Shown: positions 1-12,898 of the stretch, piece after piece
How positions within the stretch are numbered: the stretch's first letter is position 1
Layout: each line of letters starts with the position of its first letter
DNA from: the human T2T-CHM13v2.0 reference genome, Homo sapiens
Assembly (NCBI RefSeq): GCF_009914755.1
Contig: NC_060930.1
Length of the DNA: 64,000 bases
Strand: one strand, 5' to 3'
Program-made: the position numbers and the translations under genes
The notes under the pieces: model-generated
The model's database searches: none
What the model was told of the DNA's origin: nothing
The model's input: only the letters and a program-made list of their open reading frames with translations

Positions 1-99
1 ATCATCTGTCTCTTGACTTGTCAAAAATAACCTCTATTCCGGCCTCCCAGCTTCCCCCATTGAAAATAAATATAATATTAACTATTTATATTATATGCA

Positions 100-620
100 C
101 TTAACAAATACTTATGAAGTGTCCATATTATGAAATGCACTATGCTAGACAATATGTAGGGCACTGATGTGAGTTTGACCCAATTCTTGTCCTCAAAGTT
201 TTTATATTCTGGGTGAATAGGTTAGATACATACACGCAACCCAATACAAAGCAACAGAAGATAATTGTCATATTGTGCTATAAAGAGCTAGAGGGGTTTA
301 GAGGAAGGAGAGGAAATTTCTGATTGTATTGGCAATAAAGCCTTTGCTGAGGAGGTTGCATTGAAGGTGGGCCTTGAAGATAAGTCAGGTTTTAGGAACA
401 GTGACTTGAGCTCATTCCAGAAGGTGCCCCAGAAGGAGATGAAAGAGTCAGGACATCTTCCGAGCATGGAAAGTAGTAACATTTGGCTGACATAGGTGGA
501 TATATAGAGGAGCTAGAGGAAAAAGCTGTTACAGTTAAAATGGACTTAGAATATGGAATCCCAGCCAAAGAAGTTGGGACTTTAACAGGGAGGTCAAAGA
601 AGTAATTTTGCTATATGTGT
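100..620 (-). mobile_element. Degraded L2 LINE fragment
   Basis: Resembles the antisense L2 3' region (aacaaatacttatgaagtgtcc...cactatgctagac), followed by typical purine-rich L2 antisense body; boundaries approximate. Confidence 0.5.
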
Positions 621-1572
621 TTAATGTTACATCATAAGAGTAACAAAAGTAAGGTAATATGTTTAAAAAAATTCATGTGGAGGTAACATGATATAGAGGG
701 ATACTTTATGTTTTATTTGTAGACCTTAGACACTCTTACTTTTAGAGGCCTGCCACACACTATATCAAAGGTGCAATAAAGAGAATTTACATTACATGCC
801 ATATAAAATATACTGACACATATATAATTTTTGAATTGATTTGATTTACATTTGACTGCTTGCCATAATTTAGTATTTGTAAACCTTTGCTTTTTTTTTT
901 TTATTTAACTGTTTTCTTTTTCTATTTGAGAGCGAATATTTTATAGGTCACTGAAGACCCTGAAGGCCTGAAGCACTTTCTCCATGAAGCGCAATGGATG
1001 AAATAGGTTGGCAGAAAGAGAGGCTTAGAGGACCAAGCACTACACAAATGTAAACACTTTCATAAATTTATTAATAAAAGTGATGTGAACAAGTAATATA
1101 CCATTTAAAAGGAAAATGTGCTCAAAACATTGTGTCTACAAAAACAACAAACACATCACTCATTCAGGCAAGATGTGTATCTTTAAACTGATTTTATAGT
1201 AAAAAACCACTCGATTAAAACAAAAATTCAGATACACATTCTTCAAAAAGAGGGCAGGTAAAGTAGGACCCAATGTAATTGATTTAATTGGTTAATTGCC
1301 TTGATCAATTTTATCTTCAATTCATTAAGTTAGGCATAATAATTTATCCATTTATTTATCAAAAATGTATTTAACTATAATGTTCCAAAATATAAAGAAA
1401 TGATCACTGTTTTGTATCATACTTAAATTTGAGATAATTTTACACAATATTTATGTGGGAAAAGAGAGATTAAACCCAAAGGGATTTCAGCCTAAATACA
1501 ATAAATGAGTTTTTGACACTGTTTTGTGTTTTAATAAGAAGAGTCATTAAGTTAGAGTAATAAAGTATAAAG

Positions 1573-3065
1573 TTTTTTAAACTTTTATTTTAAGTTTAGG
1601 GGTACATGTGCAGGTATGTTACATAGGTAAATTTGTGTCATGGAGGCTTGTTGTACGGATTATTTCATCATCCAGATATCAAGCATAGTACTTATTAGTT
1701 ATTTTTCTGATCCTCTCCCTCCTCCCAGCCTCCACCCTCCAATGGGCCACAGTGTCTGTTGTTCCCCTCTATGTGTCCATGTATTCTCATCATGTAGCTC
1801 CCACTTATAATGAGAACATACAGTATTTGGTTTTCTGTTCCTGTATCAGTTTGCTAAGGATAATGACCTCTAGCTCCATCCATGTCCCTGCAAAAAACAT
1901 GATCTTTTTCTTTTTATGGCTGCATAGTATTCCATGGCATATATGTACCACATTTTTTTGTGCAGTTTACCATTAATGGGCATTTAGATTGATGCAATGT
2001 CTTTACTATTGTGAGTAGTGCTGCGATGAACATATGAGTGCATGTTTCTTTATAATAGAATGATTTATATTCCTTTGGGTATATACCCAGTAATGGGATT
2101 GCTGGGTTGAATGGTATTTTTGTCTTTAGGTCTTTGGGGAATCACCGCACTGTCTTCCACAAAGGTTGAACTAATTTACACTCCCACCAACAGCATGTAA
2201 GCATTCCTTTTTCTCCACAAGCTCGCCAATATCAGTTACTTTTTTTACTTTCTAGTAAGAGCCATTCTGACTGTTGTGAGATGGTTTTGGCTTTGATTGG
2301 CATGTCTCTAATCATCAGTGATGCTGAGCTTTTTTTCATATGAAAGCCAAGGCGTCCTAAGCAAAAGAACAAAGCTGGAGGCATCATGCTACCCAACTTC
2401 AAACCATACTGCAGGGCTACAGTAACCAAAACAGCATAGTACTGGTACAAAAACAGACACATAAATCAATGGAACAGAACAGAGAACCCAGAAATAAGAC
2501 CACATAGCAACAAACATCTGATCTTTGACAAACCTGACAAAAACAAGCAATGGGGAAAGGCTTTACTATTCAATAAATGGTGCTGGAATAACTGGCTAGC
2601 CACATGCAGAAGACTGAAACTGGACCTCTTCCTTATCCCATATACAAAAATTAACTCAAGATATATACAAAAATTAACTCAAGATATATTAAAGACTAAA
2701 ATGTAAAACACAAAACTATAAAAACCACAGAAGACAACCTGGGCAATACCATTCATGACACAGGCACAGACAAAGATTACATGATGAAGATGCCAAAAGC
2801 AACTGCAACAAAAACAAAAATTGACAAATGGGATATAATTAAACTAAAGAGCTTCTACACAGCAAAAGAAACTCATCACAGTGAACAGACAACCTATAGA
2901 ATGGGAGAAAATTTTTGCAAACTATGCAACTGACAAAGGTCTAATATCCAGCATCTATAAGGAACTTAAATTTACAAGAAAAATCACAACGCCATTAAAA
3001 AGTGGGCAAAAAACATGAACAGACACTTTGCAAAAGAAGAAGATATACATGCGGCCAACAATCAT
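1573..3065 (-). mobile_element. 5'-inverted (twin-primed) truncated L1, older L1PA (about PA13-16)
   Basis: 1573-2342 is the L1 3' UTR and ORF2 end in minus orientation; 2343-3065 is upstream ORF2 in plus orientation. Both pieces break at the same consensus point (ccaacaa.cat / catatgaaaaaaagc). Candidate TSD agtataaa at 1564-1571 and 3067-3074. Confidence 0.9.
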
Positions 3066-5179
3066 TAGTATAAAAATTAATCAAGGCATTATAAAAAGAT
3101 TTCAATCTTCACAGGATGCCAAGCTTTTTCTTTTCCAAGCTATGATCATAGCCAATGATGCTAAATTAAAAGAAAGTTACATTTTCATCAATTATTTATT
3201 ATTATTTCATTTGACTTTTCAGTATACTTCTGTTAGTCTGAAGTTTTGTGTAATGAACTTATAAGAAATATTATACTTAAAACAAAAAAGGTTTAAGGTT
3301 TTTATTACTCATAAAAAATTTTCAAGAGGAGATTGTGATTACTTTATACTGAACACTTAGCAAATTTCATAGCTATATCTCCAAGGGTAAATGCTTATCC
3401 TTTTTTGTTTGTTTGTTTCTCTTTCAATCTATTCACAAGGTTTAATAATCAAAATTTGTCCTTGCAGTGAATAATCCTACTCTCCTATTAATTTTTTTGT
3501 ATATACAACACCTAAGCATGCACATTTTAATGTTTTCTGGCATTTACCACTTTTTCTGTAAGATTGCGTTGATGTCACCCCATCCTACAATAACCAACAC
3601 TGATATGTTCATTTTAGAAACATAAAGTTTAATACAGTATGTTCACATTTAAAATGTAGTTAATAAAAGTCAGTCAACAAGTTCTTTTTAAGTAACTATA
3701 AAAAATTACAAAAAAGCCTTAAAATGTTGTCACTATCTAAAAGAAGTTTATAATCCAAAGAGTTCAGCCATTTATTTTCTTAGTTGTGACTAAGTGACTC
3801 CGTAAGCCACCTGTTAAATGGATCCCCTTTAGTTGGTCTTGAATAGCAGAAAATGTATGTACTAATTATGTGCATTTAAAGTTTTAATACCCCTTTATTA
3901 TACTATTGTCCTGTATTTGCTTTTACGGTTATATTTAAATTGATTAAAGTTCCAGAAACATTCATTATTCTTAAAAGCAAATGAAACTCTGCATTGCAGT
4001 CTGACTGCTCATCCATAATTCAGTATCCCAGCCTAAAACATTATGCTCAAACAAGCACAAATATTGGCAAAGGTGAAATATTGAATGGCTACTGTTGCAG
4101 CTAAATTATGTAGCAATCTCTGTGTGTGCTTTAATTTCCTAGCCCTAGAAATAAAAATTAAAAGCAGGAAAAATAGTCAGCAATTATGGGTGTAAGCTAA
4201 ATAAGCAAGGGAGTAGTGCCAAGTTGCAATTATTCAAAGCTGCATGCTTTTATTAGTTATGCACAGGTCTGAAATGACAATGAAACCCAAAAATGGGGAA
4301 AAAAAACCTCAAACACATTAGTTACTCATTATACATATCTAGACAAAGAAAAAGGATTCTAGGAGAATGTTCTTATGAATTTGAACTTTGAAAATTAGCA
4401 ACTCTGGTTCTGTTTACGTTAATGGAAATTTACTTTTCCTCAAATTTGTCTTAATTATCTGGGCAATAATACCAGCCCTCCATTTATTAGGATCTTGGGC
4501 ACTTGTTTGGAGGTTCCAGCAGGTAAGCAGGGTTACTAAATACCCTTGACAGAGGACAGATCTCCTCTTTCTGTGGAGATTGGCCCCTCTTTGGACTTAA
4601 AGCATTAGTAAATATGCACAGTGACAACTGAGAGCAAGAGACCTGCACGTCACCAACTGAATCAGCAGAATTAATCCAGTTGATCAATTTGTGAAGACAC
4701 ACTCGCCAGATCACTTTCACTTCCTGTCATTTCACCCAGTTTCCTTTGATGCAGGCTAGATGTGTTGCATTTTGTAGCAGTACAGACTTTACATTTTGTA
4801 GCCAACATAACCTATAGACATGAAGTAATTGATACCAAAGGCTAGTGATAAGTATCTAGTGCTCAGGAGTTTTGTCTTCTGAATTTTCAGGCTTACTCTT
4901 CTAACTTTGTCAGGTACCCTTATGCCACCTTATAACTCTCTCTTTTATAGAAATAAAAGCTAATTAATGCAATAAGTATAGTTACTTTATTGTGTAATAA
5001 AATTACTAGTTTTATACAGCACAGAGTGTACAAAACTATTAACATTCCTCCAAAAATCCGGATAGTTAGAAAAATTTGCAGGAAAAAATTGAACAAATTA
5101 TCAGGCTGTGCCTTCTCATCCAGTTTTCTTCCATGACTATTTGAATGGCTCACCATATCACAGCATTTATAATTTTTAA

Positions 5180-5350
5180 ATCTCCTTTAGTAAATTATCT
5201 CATTGAGCTTCACAACAGTTCTGAGAGGGGCTAAGCAGATGGGAGCAATCCACATTTTGCAAATGGGGCACCTAGACACGTAGATGTTAAATAGGGCATC
5301 CACTGTCACAGGCCTATTTGTGTGATAGGGTGAGAGGCTCCAGCTCTTTC
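5180..5350. mobile_element. MIR fragment
   Basis: MIR core-like text (cacaacagttctgagag...cccacattttgcaaatggggcac); boundaries approximate. Confidence 0.5.
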
Positions 5351-6655
5351 CTCCATGCCACAGATTTCTCAAGCAAAACTAAATCTACTAAAAAACATAA
5401 TAAAACACAACATTAAATCATCCATACTCTTCACTTTCCTCTCACCCCTAACCCAATTATCTTAATAAAAAGGACTTCCACTCAAACTAATATCAGAATG
5501 AAGAGTAGAGTGTTTGTAGGAACACAGTCTGATTCTGATTGAGTTTATTCAAATTTGCTGTTTGCAACTTTCACTTATGGTCAAGATGTATGTCATCCAG
5601 AGAATGTTCACATCTAATATATTCAAAGGAAAATCTGCTTTACTACCTTATTATCTTCCCCACACTTTTGTAAGGGACTCACCGACTTCCTTTCCATCAT
5701 TTCATAGATGATGTCATTGAGGCACAAAATGGTTCAACAATTTACCCTCAGACAAACAGCCGAGACAAACATAGACAGTGGAATGGAACTCAAATTCAGC
5801 ATTGCATCTACCCAGGTGAAGATGTACAACTTAAATCTGAGATCCTTGGTGCTGGTCAGACCCAAGCAGAGAAATTTTCAGCCCATGGAAAAGGTCTAGA
5901 CCCATCTGTATATTCAGCAAGGATATTTTATCTAACAAGGCTCTTTCTGGCATGACATGTGGGATTGGTCAACAAGAAATAGGAAACATGTACCACTCAC
6001 ACTGAAGCATCACAAACCAGTCCAGGCAGATAAACACGAGTGGGGGGTCACTTGAACACAGAAGCTCTCAATCAAGTTGGTGATCTCTGGACAGACGTGG
6101 AGAAACTCCTAGTTCCACAAATATCCTGATTTTCTATAGCTGTGAGCATGTTCTGGGTCATGAATACCCCGATTTAAGAGCTTGGTATGTATTTGAAGGT
6201 CAAGAATGCTTAACTGGAAATTACTGCTATGCACAGCAAATGCATTATAAGCAAAGAAAGTGGGTCTGTGACAAATTAATATCATTGATACTGTGCAAAC
6301 CCACAATGATCATTTGTTGGAGATACTAGAAAACCTAAAAGTCAAGCTATAACATTATGTTTAAGCTTTCTTAGCAAAGACTAGCACAAAACTCTTCTAA
6401 ATTGGGGTATTTTTATACCTTGAAACCATGCATTTGAAGGCTGGGCTTATGACATTGAATATATCGTTAGGATTCTAACAATGAAGCAGTGAATATATCA
6501 TTGGGATTATGACAAAGAAGCAATATCTTTAGATAACTACAGGTGATAATTATATTTGTTTCAAGGAATATTGAAACATAAATGTAAAGAAAATTGACAA
6601 TTAGAATCTGTTCACCTATGAGTTTCTATAGCATTTCCCTGTTAGTTTTCTTCTA

Positions 6656-6969
<314 letters not shown>

Positions 6970-7346
6970 AAAGCAGAGAAGAGAACCACTGTTGTTTGTT
7001 GTTGGAGAAGAGCATCACTGAGGGATGCAGGACTAGTCTGTACCCTGCCACGAACAATTCATCTTATCACATCGTTTCATCTCTTTGGGCCTCTTTTGCC
7101 TCATTTTTCTTAAAAAAATTCTAAATATCTAAGGGTCTTCTAGTTGGGAAATACCACTGGTTCACCTATTTGACAATAGCATATAGCTATATATCCACAA
7201 CTTGTCCATAATCTATCAAAACAACTGAGGATGTATTGTCACTGGTATTATTGAACAACAGCAGCAGTACATTTGGCAATAACTCTTAATTCCCAACTGG
7301 ACAATGAATAACCATGTAAGACATGCTAATGCAGACACAAAATTAC

Positions 7347-7368
7347 AAAAAAAAAAAAAAAAAAAAAA
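7347..7368 (+). repeat. A22 mononucleotide run
   Basis: Seen directly. Confidence 0.9.
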
Positions 7369-7572
7369 GCTGTATTTTTATCTTTTCCTTCTATGTAATG
7401 AAGACAGCATCTGAAGACAGCATGGCCCTGTTTGAAAACACTGGAATAAAGACATCCATCCCATTCTGGGCTATAATTCCATGAAATTGAGTAAAACCCC
7501 AAACAAATTTAACTGATTGTGGGTTAAGATGGTATTTGAATTTTTTTAAAACCTGAAATTTCTTCCCCCTAC

Positions 7573-7639
7573 CTTGCAGCCTCTGCATCACATTGGCGAT
7601 ATCCCGAGGACACCGGGAGGCCCCTCTGGAGGTTGCCAT
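7573..7639 (-). CDS. SYNE1: First coding segment of nesprin-1 (22 codons plus 1 nt, phase-1 intron follows); the rest of the gene lies left of the window
   Basis: Translates to MATSRGASRCPRDIANVMQRLQ, the nesprin-1 N-terminus preceding the CH domain; strong Kozak context gaccATGG; donor CAAG|gtaggg at 7573/7572. Confidence 0.96.
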
Positions 7640-7862
7640 GGTCCCTCCGGAAGCACGAAGCCAACACCAAGAGACTCTTCACTGGAGGCAGCACAGGGCT
7701 ACACCACTCTAGAAAACATGCTTGGACTTTTCTAGATCTATTCTGTCATAAATGAATTCCAGGCCTTTGCAGCACTCAACAAGGAGGCAGCTCTCCCAAA
7801 GACTGAACTGCTTCTTTTTCTTCTTCCGTTTTAAGACTGTCCTCTTACATGAACTCAAGAAC
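7573..7862 (-). other. SYNE1: SYNE1 start-codon exon (290 nt; 223 nt of 5' UTR plus 67 nt coding)
   Basis: Acceptor cttttcttttttgtttttcag|GTTC at 7863/7862 with a long pyrimidine tract; donor at 7573. Confidence 0.9.
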
Positions 7863-8520
7863 CTGAAAAACAAAAAAGAAAAGGTACAACATAAAAAAAA
7901 AATCTACGAAGGTCACCACAGTGCTAAAAGGAGAAATATTTCTATTTAATTTGAATGCCTGGTCCATTATCAAGTGAAACAACTTAGTGAAAAGCACTTA
8001 TAAACTACAAAGTACTATGCAAATGTTAGGAATTCCCATGATATTTAATAAAATAAATACATAAATGAGACATATAAAATAAAATTGGGTTGCTAAAAGA
8101 AGAAATGTTCACTTTCATTCCATGTTTTCTTTTTAAACTATCAACTTTTTCCATTGATCTATGAAAGTGGTTTCCCTTATACTAAAAACACTCAATTCTA
8201 GTTTTCAATATGCACGGGTTCTCTAATCTGCTAATTTAGCCTGCTTTGCACATGTTTTGCTCTGTTGCGTTGTACTCTTTCCAGGAATGGGACCAAATCC
8301 TTGTTTCTCATACCAATTTGATGAATTAAAGCAGTATAAATGTAAAAACCATTTAATTCTAAAAATTTGAGTTTCAAGTACTCCAATTTTAGAAGCCAAA
8401 TGGGTATGATTTAGTTTTTTTCCTCCCTATGTATAAAGACTCAAGAGTTTTAAGGCTAGGGTGGGGTGGGTGAAGCAGAGTGGACATTTTCCTTCTAAAT
8501 TCTCTGCATTGGTTAAGTTT

Positions 8521-8813
8521 TTGTTTTTGTTTTTGTTTTGGGACAGTCTCACTCTGTCATCCAGGCTGGGGTACAGTGGCGTGATCTCAGCAAGCTCCAC
8601 TTCCCGGGTTCAAGCAATTCTCATGCCTCAGCCTCCTAAGTAGCTGGGATTACAGGCGTATACCACCACGCCTGGCTAATTTTTGTGTTTTTTAGTAGAG
8701 ACGGGGTTTCACCATGTTAGCCAGACTCGTCTCAAACTCCTGACCTCAAGTGATCTGCCCACCTCGGCCTCCCAAACTGTTGGGATTACAGGTGTGAGCC
8801 ACCGTGCCTGGCT
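8521..8813 (-). mobile_element. AluS with small internal deletion
   Basis: Reverse Alu; TSD ggttaagttt at 8511-8520 and 8814-8823. Confidence 0.95.
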
Positions 8814-8830
8814 GGTTAAGTTTCATTGCC

Positions 8831-8867
8831 GGGGGGGGGGGGGGGGGAGGGGGAGGGGAGGAGGGGG
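8831..8867 (+). repeat. G17 run plus G-tracts (G-quadruplex-forming)
   Basis: G17-A-G5-A-G4-A-GG-A-G5 seen directly. Confidence 0.85.
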
Positions 8868-10249
8868 TGCAGTGGGCTTTGGGAAGAGGTAGGAGAGTAG
8901 TCGTTGAAATCTTGATATTGCAAAATGTACTTTAAATAAGAATTTCCTAACCCTAGGTTTAGCTGAAGAGAAGGTATTGCCATAAACGAAATAATTAGAC
9001 AGAAAGAAGAGGGGGTGAATAATGCACCAAGAGAAAGAAACGGCCTCCGAAGAGGCCCACAGGGAGGTGATACTTGATTACAGTTCCCATTGCATTTCTA
9101 GGTTATGATGATGAAGGTTAAAAAAGGAATGGGGGAAGAGAGGAAGACGGGGAGAATGGCAAAAGCAAAACTCCTAAAGAAAGCTCATACATGTGAGATG
9201 GTGCACCTTCCTGAAGGAAAAAAGAAAATGAGAGGAGCCTGTGAGTGCTGTAAAAATTATATTATAACTTGGATTATAGTCCATAAAAGGACATTGCTCA
9301 TGAAGGATTGGTTAAGTAATAGAGTGCAATTATGAATTACAATTTATTTTAAAATGGCATTACTAATACTATTATATATTGGTATCTGGTCAGAATGTAT
9401 GAATGCAAAGCTAGTAACATGCTTTTTAGCCTATTATCTAAAAAAAAAAAAAAGATGCAAACCTTTGCACATTGCTGCTGCCCCATGTGCAATGCATCAG
9501 AAGGATGTACTGGAGCAAGAAAGCATTACTAACTTAGCAAGACATGGGACAGCGATGCAGTGAATGGAAGTCATTGGTAGGAAGATAGAGGCAAACTTCT
9601 CTTGGCTACTTGAAAGGAGTATATACTAGAAGTAGGACCCAATACTTGGTGTCTTATAGGCTAGAGAGGTACTTCTCAGTGGGTGACTCTCCAAGGGATT
9701 CTTCATGGAGAAATAATTACTTGTGGTTGGGCTGTCACATACATACCTATAGCCCTGCTGGAATTGTGTGCCCATTAGCAGCCTGTATATCCTGGGGAAA
9801 AATATTCCACCTGCCCACATACAAAAGCTATCTTAATTTGGGAGAATAATAGATAGTGAAAAGTGCCTGAAGGACCTTATAAATGGATCCCCTAAGCTAT
9901 TAGGAAGTTAGGTTTTCAAATGCAAAAATATAACTTTCTGAAATCAATCAATCAACCAATCTACCTATTATCTATATCATTTATCTGCATGTATGTTAAA
10001 GACATTCACTTCATTTCAGATACCCCACTCCAAGCTGGGCTCAGCACTGGAGCTCACAGATGATTAACACACAGTCCCCACCTTCAATCAAGAATTATGG
10101 AATTAAAAGGGATTTCAGTTAAATCATTGCAACAGAAATCACTCTGCCTCTATCCTCTTCTAATTCACATTCACATAGCTTGGTAGATTAATCTGAAATA
10201 CTGTGCATGCCCTCTCTCTCTCTCGTTACATTAAACTCAGAATTTCCCT

Positions 10250-11140
10250 GCATGTGCCCAGTATTCATCCAGTCTTACTTTCACAGCATAACTAACACAT
10301 TCAGAGTGCCAGAGCTCAATGCTGGGATTACTAAGGTGGATATGACACAGAGACTATTTTTGAAGAGCTTAGGACACAGTGGGAGATAAAACATAGAAAA
10401 GATAATACAAAAATACCAGGGCTAAGTGCAAATACAAAGATGTGAAGATACAGAGGATGGTGGCTAAGCCAGTGTGGGTGTTCTGGAAAGGTGTCCTTCT
10501 TGGCAAGGAGCAGACACTTGAGCTGAGTCTTGGTAAATGGGTTAGTCACTCAGGTGAAACATACGAAAGACACATCCTGGGCAGGGTGAAGAGCTTGAGC
10601 AAAGGCCTCAGCATGAGAAACAGCATGACTGGGACATGGAACTATCACCAGTCAGACACTGAGAAACTCTACAAGGTGACATTGTGGAAAAGAGGGCGGA
10701 GAGTGAGGTGGTGTCCGGATGGCGCAGGGCCCTGAGTGCTATGCTCAGAAGTTTGGTTCTGGTTCTCTAGCAGGCAACAGGAAGCCACTGAGAGATCTTA
10801 AGCTGGAAGTGAGAAGGTATGATTGGGATTATTCTAGCTATGATTTTAAAGGATGTATTTGAGAAGGACAAAACTGGAAGATCCAGAAAGATCAGTTAGG
10901 AAAGTATCTCAGGAATCCAGGTAGAAGATGACCAAAGACGGAAATCAGACAGAGGTAGCAGAGTGAGTGGAGAATCAAATATAACACAGCTTTAGGGAAC
11001 AAAATTTGTAAGACTTGGTGATTGGTCACCCAGGGGTGGAGGTGGGTATAGGTAGAAGGAGGTGGGGTTTCCAGAGTGTATATCTGAGGAGTCTCAGATG
11101 ACTCTCAGGATTTGGGGTGCCATTAATTGAGCTCAGCAGA
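10250..11140 (-). mobile_element. L2 fragment
   Basis: Typical antisense L2 text (gagcttgagcaaaggcctcagcatgagaaacagcatg; ggcaacaggaagccactg); boundaries approximate. Confidence 0.6.
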
Positions 11141-11799
11141 AGAGGGGCCTTATAGGTTTTACATCCAAACACTCTCCCCTTCATGCTTCATATCTTTGGA
11201 ACAACTCAGGAGCAATTTCTTCATTACCCCTTCACATCACCCCTCTGAAGAACACTTTCAGCTGAACAAATGGAAATACCTAGCCCAGGATCCACATACC
11301 ACTTGAAGCTTTTCCTAAACACACCAACCAACACTCACCATTATTTTCCACTGAGGCCTCTAACATCAACGATCCATACTATCCTAGGTACAATTTGGCT
11401 TCTATCTTTCACTACTGCTAGTCTTACCTCACTCTAAAGAAACAGTGAACATTTCACTGGTATAGAGGCTATAACATTGCAAAATCTCATTCATTGACAC
11501 CAAGTATATCCCTGACCACATCCTAGGCCCCCGATATATATTTTTTGTTTCATTGAATCAAGTTCATAATACTTTACATTTATGAGAAAATCCCCAGAAA
11601 ACCTCTTCCTCTTCAATGCAAAAAAAAGTGGATGCAATATCCTTCCTTTTTCAGACATTAAACATTTTGCTTTCATCATTCACATGTACACATATTTCCT
11701 ATTTTGTGAAATCATGATTTTCTTGCTTTTTACTGATACTTTATCTAATTACATGATTTAATAAGAAATTTAAATGATGTTAATAAAAAGAAGGTAATA

Positions 11800-12080
11800 A
11801 AAGGAGACTGGGAATTAGGAAATATCAGTTCTAGGCTAAACTTTATCCCAGCTAGTTGGGTGATTTTGAGCTGGTTCTATGCATGAAGGTCCTCAACAAC
11901 TACCTATTGGAGGAGAGTGTGGTACCAGGAAATGCACAGACTTTGATCTAAGAAAGACCTGGAGCTGAATCTTAATTCTATCTCTTACTGTGCACGCAGG
12001 CTTAAGAAAAATGAGCTTTTCTGAGCCCTTCTTTCATCATCTGTAAAATGAGGTATACTTATGCCAAATTAGGTTTAATT
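11800..12080 (+). mobile_element. MIR fragments
   Basis: MIR-like text (agacctggagctgaatc...catctgtaaaatgagg). Confidence 0.55.
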
Positions 12081-12898
12081 TTATCCTGCTTAAATTAATT
12101 TTTTTAAAAGATAAATATGTCATGTTTCCAGCAGATTGATTGGCATGTAGCAGAGTTTCAGCAAATACTAGTTTCCATTTTCCTTCCCCTGTTCCCAGTT
12201 TCTCCAGCTGCAATATGAGAGACGGCCCTAAAATGCAGAGGTACTCCCAAGTGTGCTCTTCTGTTCCAAAACCAATAGCAGCACAAGGCAGAGCTAAAAC
12301 AACGACTGGTGCAAGGTCATGAGATCCTCCAACAGACTGTTTACCTAGCAGTGTTCTGGCTATGGACATGACAGAACCAGAACACCAGAGGCAGATCCAG
12401 AACATCAATAAACTCACTATTCCCAAGATTATTAAAACAGTTTTTAATAGGTGCAGGATACTGCGGGAGCACGAAGGAGAGGGAATGAAGAGTGAAGCTA
12501 GGCATTGGGATGGAATTGGAGAATTTGATGGACATTCATGGGCTGTATACCAATAAATAGTCCCTGCACCATCTCCAAATTTTTCCAGGGGAAGGAACTA
12601 AGATTATGATGCAGCTAAATACATTCAGAAAGGTAAGATTCCTGTATTTATTATTTCACAATAAATATGTATTGAGTAGCTATTTGTAAGGGACCATGGT
12701 ACTGAGTAAACAGCAGTCAACAAGAGAGACAAGCCCCTCTTACAGCTTATGTGCCGGTAGAGGAAGATGATATAAACAATGTTACAACAAAGGAGGGCAA
12801 GTATTGTAATGGAAAAGTCCAGGCTACTATGGAAGCAAACAAAACACCCACCCAATCAATAACCATCTGCTGCATTTTTTTTTTGTTCAGGACACAGA

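Noticed and set aside
7391-7572. C-terminal 60 aa of the 82-aa ORF 7391-7639
   Set aside because: This is read-through past the splice donor at 7573 into the intron; nesprin-1 similarity stops at LQ
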